Source: Macrostomum lignano (lineage: Eukaryota). Taken from it: 64,000 nt of DNA. The translations under genes were made by a program, and so were the position numbers. Location of the stretch: the NCBI GenBank assembly GCA_002269645.1, contig NIVC01002121.1, forward strand, positions 1 through 64,000, read 5' to 3'. Under the pieces are notes generated by a model. That model saw only the letters and a list, made by a program, of their open reading frames with translations, had not been told where the DNA came from and did not search any database. Shown piece by piece: positions 20,709-34,700 of the stretch; position 1 is the stretch's first letter; every line of letters starts with the position of its first letter.

Positions 20709-21377
20709 ATGGGCAACGCACTGTCAAAACAGGCGTTCCAACCTCAGCAGCGATATGACTGTCCAATTTGTTTAACTGATGACTAGGCTGTCAAGCCACC
20801 GATTATCTGTGTAAATGGACATCGCATATGCGGACAATGTTTAAGTAACGCTCATTATATTCAACCCTGGCAAAATTGCCCGTTATGTAGAAGTAGTCTT
20901 AGACAGTGTGACTATTGTTACTCCTGGCGCACATTTCAATTTTGTAGACAGGAACATTTTATTTGTATGCAATGCTTTAAAAGAACAACCAAACGAGGCA
21001 TCGTCGGGTGTCCCGTTTGTAACAACATACCGTACGGACGCGCCTTCAGGCAGTGGTGTCGCATACAACCCGAGCCTATGCGTATTTTAACCCTCGATAC
21101 TATTTGCACCTTACCCGCTATTACTATTGAGCAACGACTGGAGTTTTGGCCAGTCCCGCGCTCAGCTCAGAGATCGCGCTATGAATTGTTTTTATACGCA
21201 CATGAAAATCAAGGTCTACTGCGTCATATGGCACCTCTTGCTATAGATAGGCTCCTTAGGCAGTTTTTAAGTGCACAAAATGCGTTTCACTGGTCCTTGC
21301 GAATCTATTGTTACGCGCTTCAACGGCTTATTTTGTCACGCAGCAATTTTATATGGCTTTTGCGATATCCCCAGTAA
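20709..21377 (+). pseudogene. RING-A, disrupted (in-frame TAG and frameshift)
   Basis: MGNALSK start; GAC TAG where others have GAC TTG. Confidence 0.8.
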
Positions 21378-21439
21378 CATATTCAACTGTTAACGCCACA
21401 AGTCCTCAGGTTAATAACAATAATGTATGTTACCCGCAG

Positions 21440-22075
21440 ATGGACAACTACAACACCTGCCCCTGCTGTCTGGAAGTACGGGAGCCGATGCTCCCGACAT
21501 GTGAATGGGGGCACCAAGTGTGCTTCCCCTGCGACCAGCGGGCTCGAGAGGTAAACGGCGAAGTAACAATGCTGTTCGCCTGTCCGGTCTGCCGCAGGCC
21601 GAGGGTCCTTTGTGCCATCTGCGGCGACCAGCCTAACATCCAAGCCTGTGCAAGCAGGCACTGGCTGTGTTTTACATGTTTGCAGCGTTACGGTGCACGT
21701 GACATTCGCACGTGTACCGTCTGCCTGGCCCAGCTGACCGGCCTCGCGTCCCTCCTGCTCGATCAAATGTCAGTGATACCGGAGTTGGCGCTGAAAGAAC
21801 CAGACGCGCTTACGCTGGAACAACTGGCGGTCGCCGTCAGGTCTTGGCCATGGCCGTCCCGGCACTTGGCCGCCTGGCAGCACCTATTGGATATTGCCAG
21901 GACAATGGTCAGGGATATGGTAGCGACCACAGCGATAGACTGCTACCTGATCCTGCTGGAGCGGACGGAGGACCCGAGGTTCCTGTGGTTTCAGCCACTG
22001 TTCTGGGCGGTGGCCTGCTTGGTTGCCCGAGCTGCACAGCAAGTCACACACACGCTACAGATCAGTTTTGGCTGA
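21440..22075 (+). CDS. RING-B, intact diverged allele
   Basis: CAG|ATG start; tandem RING plus C-terminal WPWP helical domain. Confidence 0.8.
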   Translation: MDNYNTCPCCLEVREPMLPTCEWGHQVCFPCDQRAREVNGEVTMLFACPVCRRPRVLCAICGDQPNIQACASRHWLCFTCLQRYGARDIRTCTVCLAQLTGLASLLLDQMSVIPELALKEPDALTLEQLAVAVRSWPWPSRHLAAWQHLLDIARTMVRDMVATTAIDCYLILLERTEDPRFLWFQPLFWAVACLVARAAQQVTHTLQISFG

Positions 22076-22322
22076 ATGCCTCAACAGCTCACGGCGACAA
22101 GGTGCGGTAGGCCTACGGCGAAACTTGGACTCAACCAGGAGAGCCAGGACAGCGCACGACCATGACTAAAGGAACACTAACAGTCACGAATAGTAGAGTT
22201 TATACACGATGCCTTATGTATAAATACAGATTTTGGCACGTTTTTACTACTAGATGGTACAAACCACTGTTTTATTTCATTGTTTAAACTCGGGACGAGT
22301 TTTTTGTGAAAAAGGGAGAATT

Positions 22323-23315
22323 TGTAGAGTGTTCTACCTCCCGATAAAAGTAAAAAGTAAAAATCATAGATACTACTGTAAGTAAGCAAGTGCATGCATG
22401 CGCACTTAAGATAGAAAATGATGTAAGTTGCTATTTATAGCATATGAATCATGTGGCTATTTATAGCGGATGAATCATGTTGCAACATATGGCGACATAG
22501 TGATTCATGTTACTATTTATAGCATCAGAATGATTCATGTTACTATTTATAATAACAGCATGAGTCATGTTACTATATTTAACCACAATCAATCTTATTT
22601 CACCTTACAGCGCAACACGTGACTCATGGACAAAATGCCTATAAATATAAGTGGCCCAGAGCGGCACCGGAGTCATTCTCCCCACGGAAGAGGAGCGCTC
22701 CGAAGAGTGTGTCGATAGGACGACATACTAGTTAACCAGTCAACTAAGACTTGGTCTGATAGTTGCGGTAAGCCTTTCTTAATTGCGCCTATTGTTATTA
22801 GAGCCGGCTCGCTCTTGTCTGTTGAGACTTGAGTTTGATTAAGTCTATTGAGACTTTTGAGTCTGTTGAGACTCCTGTGGTCGTAGTCTCCCGAAGGACT
22901 ACCCTAGTAGATCGTAGAGGACCTACTAGCGATATCCGGAGCATACCTAGTAGAGTGCAGAGAAGCACCACTAGAAGAAGAAGGCTTAAGAGAAACCGCT
23001 ATATTTGGCGCAGGGATCCCATTGTCGACAAGAAGAATCTGATTGGCCCTGACTACATTACCGACCGGAAGTTACTTCATCGGAAGTAAAGAAGAAGCAA
23101 AGGGCCCGAAACAGGAGACACACAGAACCTGGTCTACGCGATCGCCGAAGGATCTACAGACGAGATCAACGAGAATCTACCGCGCGAATTAAGAAGAGAT
23201 ATCTCTGAGGAAAGTCGAGGTAAGTAATACCTTGTTGATAACTGGGTTGCCTAGCTAAATAGCTAGAAGTGGTGGTTCCTTGATTATTAAAAGACTGGTA
23301 ATAAGGAACACATCA
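22323..23315 (+). repeat. Family-G 3' LTR, subtype D
   Basis: PPT then TGTAGAG...CATCA; U3 with tandem CTATTTATAG / TGA(A/T/G)TCA units. Confidence 0.9.
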
Positions 23316-25254
23316 CATTTTATTTGCGCACAATGTATCAAGAAACTTGCTTCTCGCTCCCTCTGCCAATGTCCCATATGCGATGCCACCCCTCTACCTA
23401 AAGTTAACAACAAGCTTGCATGTATTTAAGCAAACTATAAACTGCAGCTTCACCCATTCACTTATGCTCTTTTCCATCAAATGCGATAGTTATACGCCTC
23501 AGAGCATGGCCCATAGCACGTATTGCTCATAAAAAACGTAAATACCTTGTACGCTATTCATCTTCCTATGGTTTTAGCCTCCGACAATTATCTCCATGAT
23601 GTAACCGCCCTTGTCGCCTGTCCGCTCCGTTGAGAGACGAACGCATGACTAGAGGGGGCAATGACCGTAGGCTGCCTATGACCGGGCAATGACCTGACGG
23701 ACCTCCAGCACCAGACTGTCTCGCCCACATGATTGATAGCTTTGGTAGCGCTTTGTGACCAGAGGGCCAAGGACCCACATGGACCCCACCTGTAGCCAAG
23801 GTGCAATAGTTGGTCACTCGGTCATAGTATGACCGAGTGGCTGCCACCACTCTATGTGACCTGGCGAACCTGGATCTTTCTACCAGACCTCTCGAGGCTA
23901 GAGCCCCGCCTGGGATGGTTACCAGGAGATTTAGGCTAACAGGGGAGACACATGCAGCCGAGTACAGGGACTCTGCTTGGGGCATGATCTGGAACTCTGG
24001 GCTCAATCTGGAGGATTTCTCAGCAGGGGATCCTTTGTGGCTGTGAGCGAGGCTGACTTGCGACTTTGATTACTAAGAGTAGTATGAGGCGAACATGTAC
24101 TGTCCATAGTTTAGATTGCTCAGGGCGAAGGGACGCGTCAGCATGGGGTTGCAACCAAGGCCTCTCCAAGGTCTTTACCATGACTCCCTCTCTCTGATTG
24201 GCTGCCGGCAGAATGACGTCAGAATGAGTCATGATGAGAAGCATGAGACCGGCATAGCAACATGAGAAATGGGAGAATTGCGCAATCCGGAGGTGGGGTG
24301 GGGGGATAATTGGCGCAGCGGGTGGTCGCGAAAGTGTTGCGCAAGCAAAAATTGAGAACAATGGGGCTGGGGTCGAGAACAAAGGAATTGGAAATCGGGG
24401 ATAATTGGGGAGAATCGAGAACAATAGAAAAGCAAACATAGGGGAAAAGGTGATAATTAGGTGCGAAAACGAGAACAATAGAAAGAGAAAATCGGAGAAA
24501 ATGTGATAATTGGTGGGGGTAAAGAGAACAAAAGGATCAAAAACGAGAACAATTGAAGCGGAGGTGGGGTGGGTATCGCATGAGAAATTTTGGGAGAACA
24601 ATGGCGTGAGAAAAGGTTGCGCAAGGGAGGGGGTGAGTCATCGATGAGTCATCGAGGGGAAGAAGGGGTCACACGACTTGCGTCACCGTTTGGGAGTTTG
24701 AGAAGGGATGGGGAGACGGTGAGCACACAAAATACTGTAAGTAGACGCAAAAAAGGGGGATAGCGCAGGAAAATAGTGCAGAGAGAGACAAAAAGAGAGG
24801 GGACAGGAAGAGTACAAGAAGAATAGGGTAGAGCGCAGGGGAGATACGGTGGAGGGGGAGGTACAGAGAGGGACAGGGAGCTCCGGAAAGGCAAATGTGG
24901 CGGCAGGGGAGACGGAGCCAAGGCAGCAGGGGGGTGCAGCAGAGCGGGAGTCTCCAGGCCTGGTCGGAGACCTGGCCGAGTCTCGACAGCTCTGTGCAGG
25001 GGGGGGGGGTGCACAGGATAGGAGGCACTTTCGAAAAAGTTCCCCTGCCCTATCCCGCGACCAGAGTGTGGTTACATCATCCACAAGAAATTGAACATAA
25101 GCGGTTTAAAATAGTTACAGATAAGGCTCTACACCCATGTCCGATCCTCTGTACAGTTCTAACGGCAATTATTCTGCATAATGAGGACTTATCTTACATA
25201 TTACCACCCCAAGAATCGTATCAGTACATTAGTTCCGACTCAGAAAATAATTAA
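23316..25254 (+). pseudogene. Highly diverged RING-A homologue, split by a solo LTR
   Basis: HFICAQCIKKLASRSLCQCPIC and LRAWPIARIAHKKRK..LRQLSP|QEIE align with RING-A. Confidence 0.7.
23597..25079. mobile_element. Solo LTR of an unrelated family (~1.48 kb)
   Basis: TGATGTAACC...GGTTACATCA perfect 10-bp inverted termini flanked by 4-bp TSD TCCA/TCCA; orientation not established. Confidence 0.8.
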
Positions 25255-25270
25255 TATCTTGCCAATAGAT

Positions 25271-25873
25271 ATGGGAGACTGCCCAATACGCCTCGACGCT
25301 AAGCCGTGCATGGTGCCTACCTGCGCATGGGGCCACCTGGTCTGCAACGACTGTGGCGAAAGAGAAGAACTTACACGATGTCCACTCTGTCGACAAGACA
25401 GGGTGTAGTGTATCATTTGCGGCGACCTCCCCCAACTCCAATTTTGCACCCAAGGCCATTGGAGTTGCGTTTCTTGTGCCGAAACAATCGCACGCCGCGA
25501 CATTCGGCATTGCCTAGAGTGCGGTTGGGCAATAACAACCACCACGCTAGACTACACGAGTAGACTACCAGTCGTTCCGGAAACCCAGCTCTACACGGAA
25601 CAAATAGCCACAATGTCCACAGCTGACCTGACGTGGGCCATCCGAACACGGCCCGTGACCTTACGCCAAGTCGTCTTCCGTGACAGACTGCTAGAAATGG
25701 GCCGCAACATCACGGTGGACACTACAATCACCACCGACGTGACAGCCTATCTCACCATCCTCGACAGGACAGAAGATACAGGCTACATACCACTTCAAGT
25801 CACATACTTGCCAATAGCTACCCTAATAATGCGGCTAAAAGTGGTTTCAAAAGTGGTGTCGCATCAAACCTGA
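25271..25873 (+). pseudogene. Highly diverged RING-B homologue
   Basis: CAWGHLVCNDC..CPLC, in-frame stop, then LTWAIRTRP and YLTILDRTED matching the RING-B C-terminus. Confidence 0.7.
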
Positions 25874-26180
25874 TGCCACTCGATGTCTCCGCGTGGATGA
25901 TATTCGCAATTTAAGTGCGCTACAGATTGAACAACTGTTGGAATTTTGGCCCGTACCTCGCATAGCTAGACGCTCGCGCAACAAATTACTTAACTTTGCT
26001 TTTGACCATAGACGAGTACTACGACATATGTTACCCCTTGATATCGTGCGACATTTACGCGATTTTTTACGAGAAAATAACATTAATCATTGGACCCTAC
26101 ACATATACTGTCATGCGATACAGAAGCTTATTAGAACCCACAGTCCTTTTGCGTGGCTTATACGATATGAATCAAATTGA
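25850..26180 (+). pseudogene. Second RING-A C-terminal half
   Basis: KWCRIKPDATRCL..LEFWPVPR..HWTLHIYCHAI. Confidence 0.7.
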
Positions 26181-26200
26181 ATTCCGAACTCTACCTGCAG

Positions 26201-26477
26201 ATGGCCGAGAACGACACCGACACCTGCCCGTGCTGCCTTGAGGCTCGGGAGCCGATGATCCCGACATGTGAATGGGGGCACCAGATGTGCTTCCCCTGCG
26301 ACGAACGGGCCCGGCAAATGGACGGCGAGGTGACCATGCTGTCCGCCTGCCCGGTCTGTCGCAGGCCGCGGATCCGCTGTGCCCTCTGCGGCGACCAGCC
26401 CAACGTCCAGGTCTGCGTGAGCAGACATTGGGTCTGTTTCAGCTATCTACAGAGGTACGGTGTACGAGGCATCATAC
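26201..26477 (+). pseudogene. RING-B 5' part, interrupted by a solo LTR; resumes at 39191-39555
   Basis: Removing the insert restores YGVRGIIQCTVCMSQ in frame. Confidence 0.85.
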
Positions 26478-28750
26478 TGTAGAGTGTTCTACCTCCCGTA
26501 AAGAAGACATAAAAGTGTTAATGTACTACTCACACATTTTATTTAGTAGTAAATTGAAGAGCATGAATAAAAGTATGCTTTGAACTATAAATATATTCGT
26601 ACTAACCAATAGGAAGAGAGAGACCTCGAGCATGCTAAATTTAGAAATCACCCAATCACGTGTAACCTGCACTTATCAAACTCAAACCCCAGGAGAAATG
26701 CATCATTCAACCGTACGCACGTGAACCAATCAAATGTAACTAAAAATAACTCGAATGCGATAACCAATCATGCGTTTTTACACTAAACCAATGGAGTAAC
26801 TTTCTAACCTGCCATGTTTGACAGCAACCAAACCGTGACCCCTTTTGACAGTTGAAGAGTTGGACCCACGTGACATCATGAGGGTCCATTTGCCTATAAA
26901 TACAAGTGGTCCGGAACGGACCCGGAGCCACAATTCCTCTGGAAGGAGAAGAGCTCCGAAGAGGAAGCCACAGTCGGACTTCCTGGACCAAGACTCGGTC
27001 GGTTGTTGCGGTAAGCCTTCCTTATTTGCGCCCGTTGTTGTTAGAGACGTCTCGCTCAAGTCCAGTGTGACTTGAGTTTGGTTTGAGTCTGTTGAGACTC
27101 TTGAGTCTGTTTAGACTCTACTGGTTGCAGTCTCCAGAAGGACTGCCCCTGATAGATCTTAGAAGACTATCAGTGGTTTCCGGAGCTATTGTAGAGTGTT
27201 CTGCCTCCCGCAAAAACATAAAAAAGAAGATAATCGTATAATACTACTATAAGTAAGTAAGTACACGCATGTGCGCCTAAGCTTTGAATGAATCACGCTA
27301 CCAGAAAAAGATGTTACCAGAATAATACGCCATGAGCCATTTTCCCCTTTTAGCGCAACACGTGAATTGTCATGATACTATTTTGGAGCAAAAAGTTGCC
27401 TATAAATACAAGCGATCTGAAGCGGTACCGGAGCCATTCTCCCCACGGAAGAGGAGCGCTCCGAAGAGGAAGCCTTAGGAGGACTTCCTGATATACCAAG
27501 TCAATCGAGACTCGGTCGAGTTGTTGCGGTAAGCCTTCCTTATTTGCGCCCGTTGTGTTAGAGACGTCTCGCTCAAGTCTATTGAGACTTGAGTTCATTT
27601 GAGTCTGTTGAGACTCTTGAGTCTGTTTAGACTCCACTGGTTGCAGTCTCCAGAAGGACTGCCCCTGATAGATCTTAGAGGACTATCAGAGGTTTCCGGA
27701 GCTATACCTAGAGTGCAGAGAGGCACTGCTAGAAGAAGGAGGCTTAAATTAGACCGCAGTTTGGCGCAGGGATCCCATTGTTAATTCGGAAGCTTCCCAT
27801 TGGTCCGAGCGACAGAATCCGGCCGGAACTATTTGAAGAAGAAAGAAGAATCGGACCCGATCTACAAACGAAAGTCAGAAGTGACTACACCTGCAACTAA
27901 AGCAAATCGAGAACTACTCCGAGAGATCTCCAAAGGACTCAAGGTAATTGAATACCTTCTGTTGACTTACTGGGTTGCCTAGCTATTGAGCTAGAAGTGA
28001 TTGTTCCTTGATTATCAAGAGTCGGGTAATAAGGAACACATCAATTGGTGATCTCGCCCTCTCGGCACTACTCAAACTTTTGAGCAATAGCCTGGCCAAG
28101 CTATTGTTAAGTGACGAGAGAGCGACTTCATTAATTTTGCGCGCACGTGTTAGAGTTAACACTTTTGAAGTCCGAACGTTTTGAAACTCGAGTAAAAATT
28201 TTGGTGTACAGGTTTGAGCACCTGTCAATTTTGAGTACAGTTTGAGCACGCGTGTTAATTTTTGTTTTAACGAGCTCGAGCAAGTGTGAGTTTAAAACAA
28301 AACCGAAATTAACTTCGTCGGTACACTGAAAACAAACCGAAAATAAAAGAATCGTCGACGCAAAACAAACAAAAAATAACTGAAACATTTTGGCCGGCAC
28401 AAAAACTAAAACCGAAATTAATTGAAACTTCGTGAAGAGCGGAGTTAATTGACAAAGAGAAAGAATCACAGACGAAAAAAAGCCTTTACAAAGCAAAAAG
28501 ACAAGTCCATCCCAACTTGAAGATACACTTTGCGGGACGCCGCATAAGTGCGAAATCAGCAAGCGAACAGAACAAGTTCATTTGAGGACAACCAGTGGCA
28601 GCAAGCCGCAACTTCGAGGCCAGCGAATAACAAATCGACACCACAAGGCAATTCGTTACAGTCGAGGTTTATTCCGAGGCAAACACCACACTGGACGATC
28701 CGTTACAAATCGATCCAGATCTTGAACTACCGTTCTATCCTATCAACAAC

Positions 28751-31700
28751 ATGGCGCGGCGCAATCCAACAGTACACAGAGACATCAAAGAAACGGTCGG
28801 TACCTTCTCGATGGAGAAAGATTTTAACACATTTGTCGACCATTTTGACCTGGTATGTAGGGAATACAACCTACAAAATCCAGAGAAGGCACAGCTGCTG
28901 CCACCTCTTCTCCAAGGTACTGCGCGAGAAATTTACGGCAAGCTGGATGCGGCAACACAGCAAAACTACCCAGCATTAATCATTCAACTGCGCGCACACT
29001 TCAACCGCTGTGGCACAAACAGGTCAGTGCTACTGCACAAGTTGCATAACAGACGGATGCAGCCAACAGAATCCTTCCTGACCTTCGTGGACGATATACG
29101 TCAAATAATTAAGGCACTGCATCAGCCACCGCTGCAAGCGGCGGACCAACCGCCACTGGGAGCGGCAGAATTGGCCGCCAGAGAAAGACAACGATTGATG
29201 GATCGTGAACAAAACCTCATCCTGCACGTAATAAAACACGCACAGCCGTCACTTCGGGATAGACTTCTGCGTGAAAATATCGAAACCGAAGAAGACCTTT
29301 TGCGTTGCGGAATGCAATGGGAAGCCAGTGCCCCATTAATGACGACAGGCAACAATGAAGTGCAGAAACTGACGCAGCAATTAAACAAGTTAATGCAGCA
29401 CCAGACAGCTGCTATCGCCGAACAAAAAAGACGAAATGAACAAGCCTCAGCCAGATGTTACTACTGCGGACAAGAAGGACATTATCAGATTAATTGTACT
29501 CATTGGTCAACAAGATACGACAAGCCGCGACAGATATTCAACAATCAGAAGCCGCAGAAACCATGGCAGCAATATCAAAATCGCCAACCACAAGGCATAA
29601 GACGCTTCGGAAATGATAGACGCTTCGGAAATAATGACCGCTCCGGAAATGATGGCCGCTTCGGAAACGAAGGCCGCTTCAGAAATAATGGCTACAGGCC
29701 ACGCAACGCCAGGTACGCACAAAGACAGCCAACGCAAGCAATGCCACGATACGCGAATGCCATCACGTACACACCGGAAAATGAGCAGCAGGAACAGCAA
29801 GTGTTCACAATTGACGACTTGGAAATGGACTTCACAGTCGCTGAACTTGACATCAGCTTGATCGAAAAGAAGACGACGCACGAGGACAACACCGACAACA
29901 CAGAAGAGGCGAATGAAACCGAAATGATCGAATTAAAAGAGACCACCGGAGACAGCAGAGAAAACAGGAAGAAAGTAAATCACAAGAAAAGGGAGGAGGC
30001 GGAGAGCGACACCGGCAACGAAGAAAAGATGAAGACCGGCAGAGAAAACAACTATGAATCGACAACAGTGGATGACAGCAAAACAAGCACGAAAGACAAA
30101 GAAATGAAGGAAGAAGAAGAATGTATGAGTTACGGCAACGATCACGACTGCGAGGTGCATGATGACACGAACGGATACCGAGCCGAAAGAGGAATGCAGG
30201 AAGAACTGAGAGCGGAAAATCTAAGTTCCGACAGCGATCAAGGCTACGAAATACAATGGAAAGATGAAGAAGTGGAAAAAGAACAGATGAAAGAAAAGCC
30301 GAGTTCCGACAGCGACGAATGCTACGAGATCCGATACAAACGAAATGGTGAAGCCTATATTCAAACGGTCGACTACAAGACAGAGAAAAGATACCAAACG
30401 CAATGGAGTGAAACAACGGAAACATCGGAAGAAGCCGCAGACGAAGATACTGAAATAACCAAAAAGCAAAGCGAATCAGAAGCCTTCCGCCTGAAACAGC
30501 CAATGGAACAACCGGAAGGATATGATGCGGACATGGAAGAAAACGAATGGCGATCGCGGCCAATGCCAGCAAAGACAACGGCAAGGTCCAAGAAATGGAA
30601 AAACTGGCTATACTGGATCATCGTGATACTACTGATAGCAGTAGTCGCCAAAGCAACGGCAACGGAAAAACCAATGATTTGTCCAACGGATGCGCATATC
30701 CAACCGATGATCTACAAGATACCAACCGACATCAAATGCAGCTACTTCAAGACAAACCAGACGAAGCCGAAGAAGATTACACTCGATCTCTACAAGGCTA
30801 ACATCAAGAAGCATCGACAACACGGAATAGTGTGCTTCAGAGACAAGCACCTGGTGGAAAAAGTTTGGCGCGGACAATGGAACCGGATCCGATTTAAACA
30901 ACATGAACTACATGTGTCGCACGCGGAATGCCTACAATGGAATCAAACACTATTTTCAAAGGATGGTGAACTGGAACCAGACGAGAAGGTCGGCAACGCA
31001 CAGCTGTTCAGAACAAAGAATTCAGCCAACGGTCGATATATTCACTTCTTCGGAAAATGGAAAGAATATATGGCACGCAACAGCTACTTGATCAGAAATA
31101 TTCCATTCTACTACAATCCATACGAGAAAATGGAATCGCTACAGCTGCAACTAAGCGAATGTCGATACAGTGAAGGATGGTGTCCAACACCAATTCTACG
31201 GAAGGAAGAATTACACAGTCTACCACTGAGTCCAACATATCATCAAAACTATCGATGGCAGATTGAGCACAGAGCACACTCACACTATGAGGAACCGTAC
31301 AAGTCACGACAATATTTCTTCGCATGGGAAGTAGAGCCGGAAATTGACTGCAAGCTTCAAAGGTATCACACAGTGGAAGGAGGACTACTGTCGAATACGT
31401 TTTTGGCAAAAGCAGGAGACTTGGCCTTGACATTTCAAAAGAAGCCGATCGAACAGGAACTCAAATGCAAGAATACGGACAAGACGCTGTTCATCTCGGA
31501 GCAAGAAATACCAGTCTATGTAAAGGATGACGACAAACAAACCTTCCTGGCGATCATAAACGGAACGTATCAACAACAAGAAAGGCAACGACGCGACATA
31601 GAACGTCCACGATTGGTGTCGAACCGTCTACTGTCAGCAAAGATCACTGCGCTGGATCACAACCTGCATAACCAGCTAAACCACTTACACCGGTCACTGG

Positions 31701-34700
31701 TTCAGCTAACTTGCAAAATGCACGCAATCAACTTGAACTACGCAAGACAGAACTACTATGTCAACCCTACGATGACATTTCGCAAGATCACGGGAATGAG
31801 AGAGGTTCTGGCAATTCCGATATATGGACATCTCCTGATATACAAGTGTACGCCGATACAGCACTTCAACATCTTACCGTCGAACACTTCAACAACTTGC
31901 TACGACAAGCCGAGAATTGAAGCATTCTACGAAGGCAAAAGAATACAAGGATTCTTGGACACGGTACACAACATCATCGTTGGCACCGCAATACCAAGAC
32001 CTTGCACCACTGCAGCAAACTACTATCAACTGGACGATGCACTACATGTCATTAAAACGACAGGAACGACAGCGAACATTACAGAACCAGAGGAAATTGT
32101 CGATGAAACGTACGATATGGACGATCTGAAGATACGATTCAACAGAACGAAGTACACACCATTCGCCGACATCCAACTCGATGAAATAACACCCGGATGG
32201 ACCATCAACGACTTCTAGCAAGCGTTCATCACTCAACGAAAGATGATTCGTCAACTCTTCACACGAAAGAATAAAGGAACGGGAACACACAATTTCGCGG
32301 TCCTTGTGTCGATGGACAACGCCATCCAATCGTTTTGGACAAACAGCTTCTTGGAGCTGCTTAACGGAAGAGGCAGCCTATATCAAGGCTTCATCTTCTA
32401 CAGCGCCTGCGTTGTTTGGATAGTCACGGCGATCTTTATCATCTCGTCGATAGTACGATGCTTCAGCAACACTTGCCCCACAGCGAAACGAACAGTGAAC
32501 GCCATCATGCAGAAGATACCAAGGGAAGAAGACAACAACTTGGAATTAACAGAGGATGCACGTCAAGAAACTCAAGGACAACCGACACCATCAACGCGAA
32601 TGTATCCATCGATTCCGACAACACCAACAGCACCGAGAATTCAGCCACCTACTTATCAGCCTGAACAACACGAGCCAAAATGGCCGGAAAATTACGTCTG
32701 CACGCTACACGCCGAGATTGGCAAAGCAATGGCTCAGGTCATTGTCAACAACTTGCCATGTCGAGCACTACTGGATTCAGGCAGTTCGATCACAGTCATC
32801 TCGCAACAATTGTGCAACAAGCTACGACTCGCGGTACGACCAGCAGCAATCGCAGTTGCAGGAGCAGGAGGACATTCGCTCAACATCCTAGGAAAAGCAG
32901 ATATTGACTTGAAAATTGCTAATAAACAGCTGACGGTCCCGACGTACATCATCGACAGACTACCAAACCAAGACGTCATCGTTGGAATAGACACGTTCAA
33001 GCAGCTTCGACTACCATTGACCTTCGACTTCAACAAGCAAACGTTTAGGATCGACACGGTGGAGCAACCACTGATCAATCAGATTCGAGTACTACCGAAA
33101 GTAACTCTGCAGCAAGATGTCATCATCCAGCCTGAAAGCGCATGCTGGGTCAAAGCGAAAGCGACCAGCGCGGCAGATGAAGCAATGATATTTGATCCAC
33201 ACAGGAGAGTCACGGCGAAACATCAAATCATGATGCCTACGGCACTAGTGCTGGTTGCAAGGGATAAGCAACTGCCAGTACAAATCTTCAACCCGAACGC
33301 GGAAGTGGTTCATCTACGACAAGGAATGTGCATCGGTCATCTCAACACTCAGGCATCAGTTATGCTGATTGAGCAAGCGACTCCACGAATAACGGAGGAA
33401 GAGTTCCAAAAGAAAATCAACCTGGACGACAGCCCGATTACGGAACAACAAAAGAAGAAAGTTCGACAACTGTTGTGGAAGTACAACGAAGCCTTCTGCC
33501 ATCATGATTACGACATCGGACGAGCCAAGGACATTAAACAGGAAATCAAGCTTCTACCGCACACGGAACCAATTCAGTGCAAGCCGTACCCGATCGCCAA
33601 GCATCTGCAACAACACCTTGACGAAATCATCGATAAAATGCTAAAGCACGGCATCATCAGCAAAGCAATTTCAGCCTACTCCTCACCGTGCCTACTGGTA
33701 CAAAAGAAGGAGACTAACGAAAGACGACTCGTATGCGACTTCAGACTGTTGAACAAGTACATACCGACGGATCAGCAAAGCCTACCGAAGATCTCCGAAC
33801 TACTAGCGAAGCTCAACACGGCAAAACTGTTCACGGTATTCGACCTACGTCATGGATTTTGGCAAATAGAAATCGACAAGGAATCGCGCCAGTACACAGC
33901 TTTCAAGACCTACAATGGACAAGTCTACGAGTACAATCGATCGCCGATGGGACTTAGCAACAGCCCAGCAACGATGAGCCGACTGACAGCATACATGCTT
34001 GCAGGATGCACGAACCTGCTGCACTATGTCGACGACATTTTGGCCTATGGAGAGGATTTCGAGCGACTCTATGAAGCTACGGAGAAGGCCCTGGCGCTCA
34101 TTCAACGCCAAGGTCTTAAGCTGCAACCGACGAAATGCAAATTCTTCCGAGACAACGTGCGTTACCTAGGACACCAAGTGACAGCCAAAGGAATTTCACC
34201 GGACCCAGACAACGTGGAGAAAGTGAAAAAGTTTCCTACGCCAACCAGTATAACGAAGGTCCAATCATTCCTTGGACTTGCGCAATACTTCAGGAAGTTC
34301 TTACCTAACTTCGCAAAGACAGCAAAGCCACTGTACGACCTGCTCAAGTCCGACAAATGGAAGCAAGACGCCTGGACACAGAGACAACAGGAAAGTTTCG
34401 ACGAAATCAAACGACAGCTGACATCAGACAAACTGCTACAGCATCCGGACTTCGACAAGCCCTTCATCATCGAGACAGACGCCTCAGGAACGGGACTCGG
34501 AGCAGTCCTACTACAGGAAACCGAGGACAAGAAGGAACGACCTATTGCCTACGCCAGTCGAGCACTCAAAACAAATGAAACAAAGTGGTCAGCTACGGAA
34601 CGAGAGCTACTAGGAGTCTTGTTCGCCCTGCGACAGTTTCATTACTACATCTATGGTTCTCCAATACAGACGATAGTACGCACGGATCATGCACCATTGA

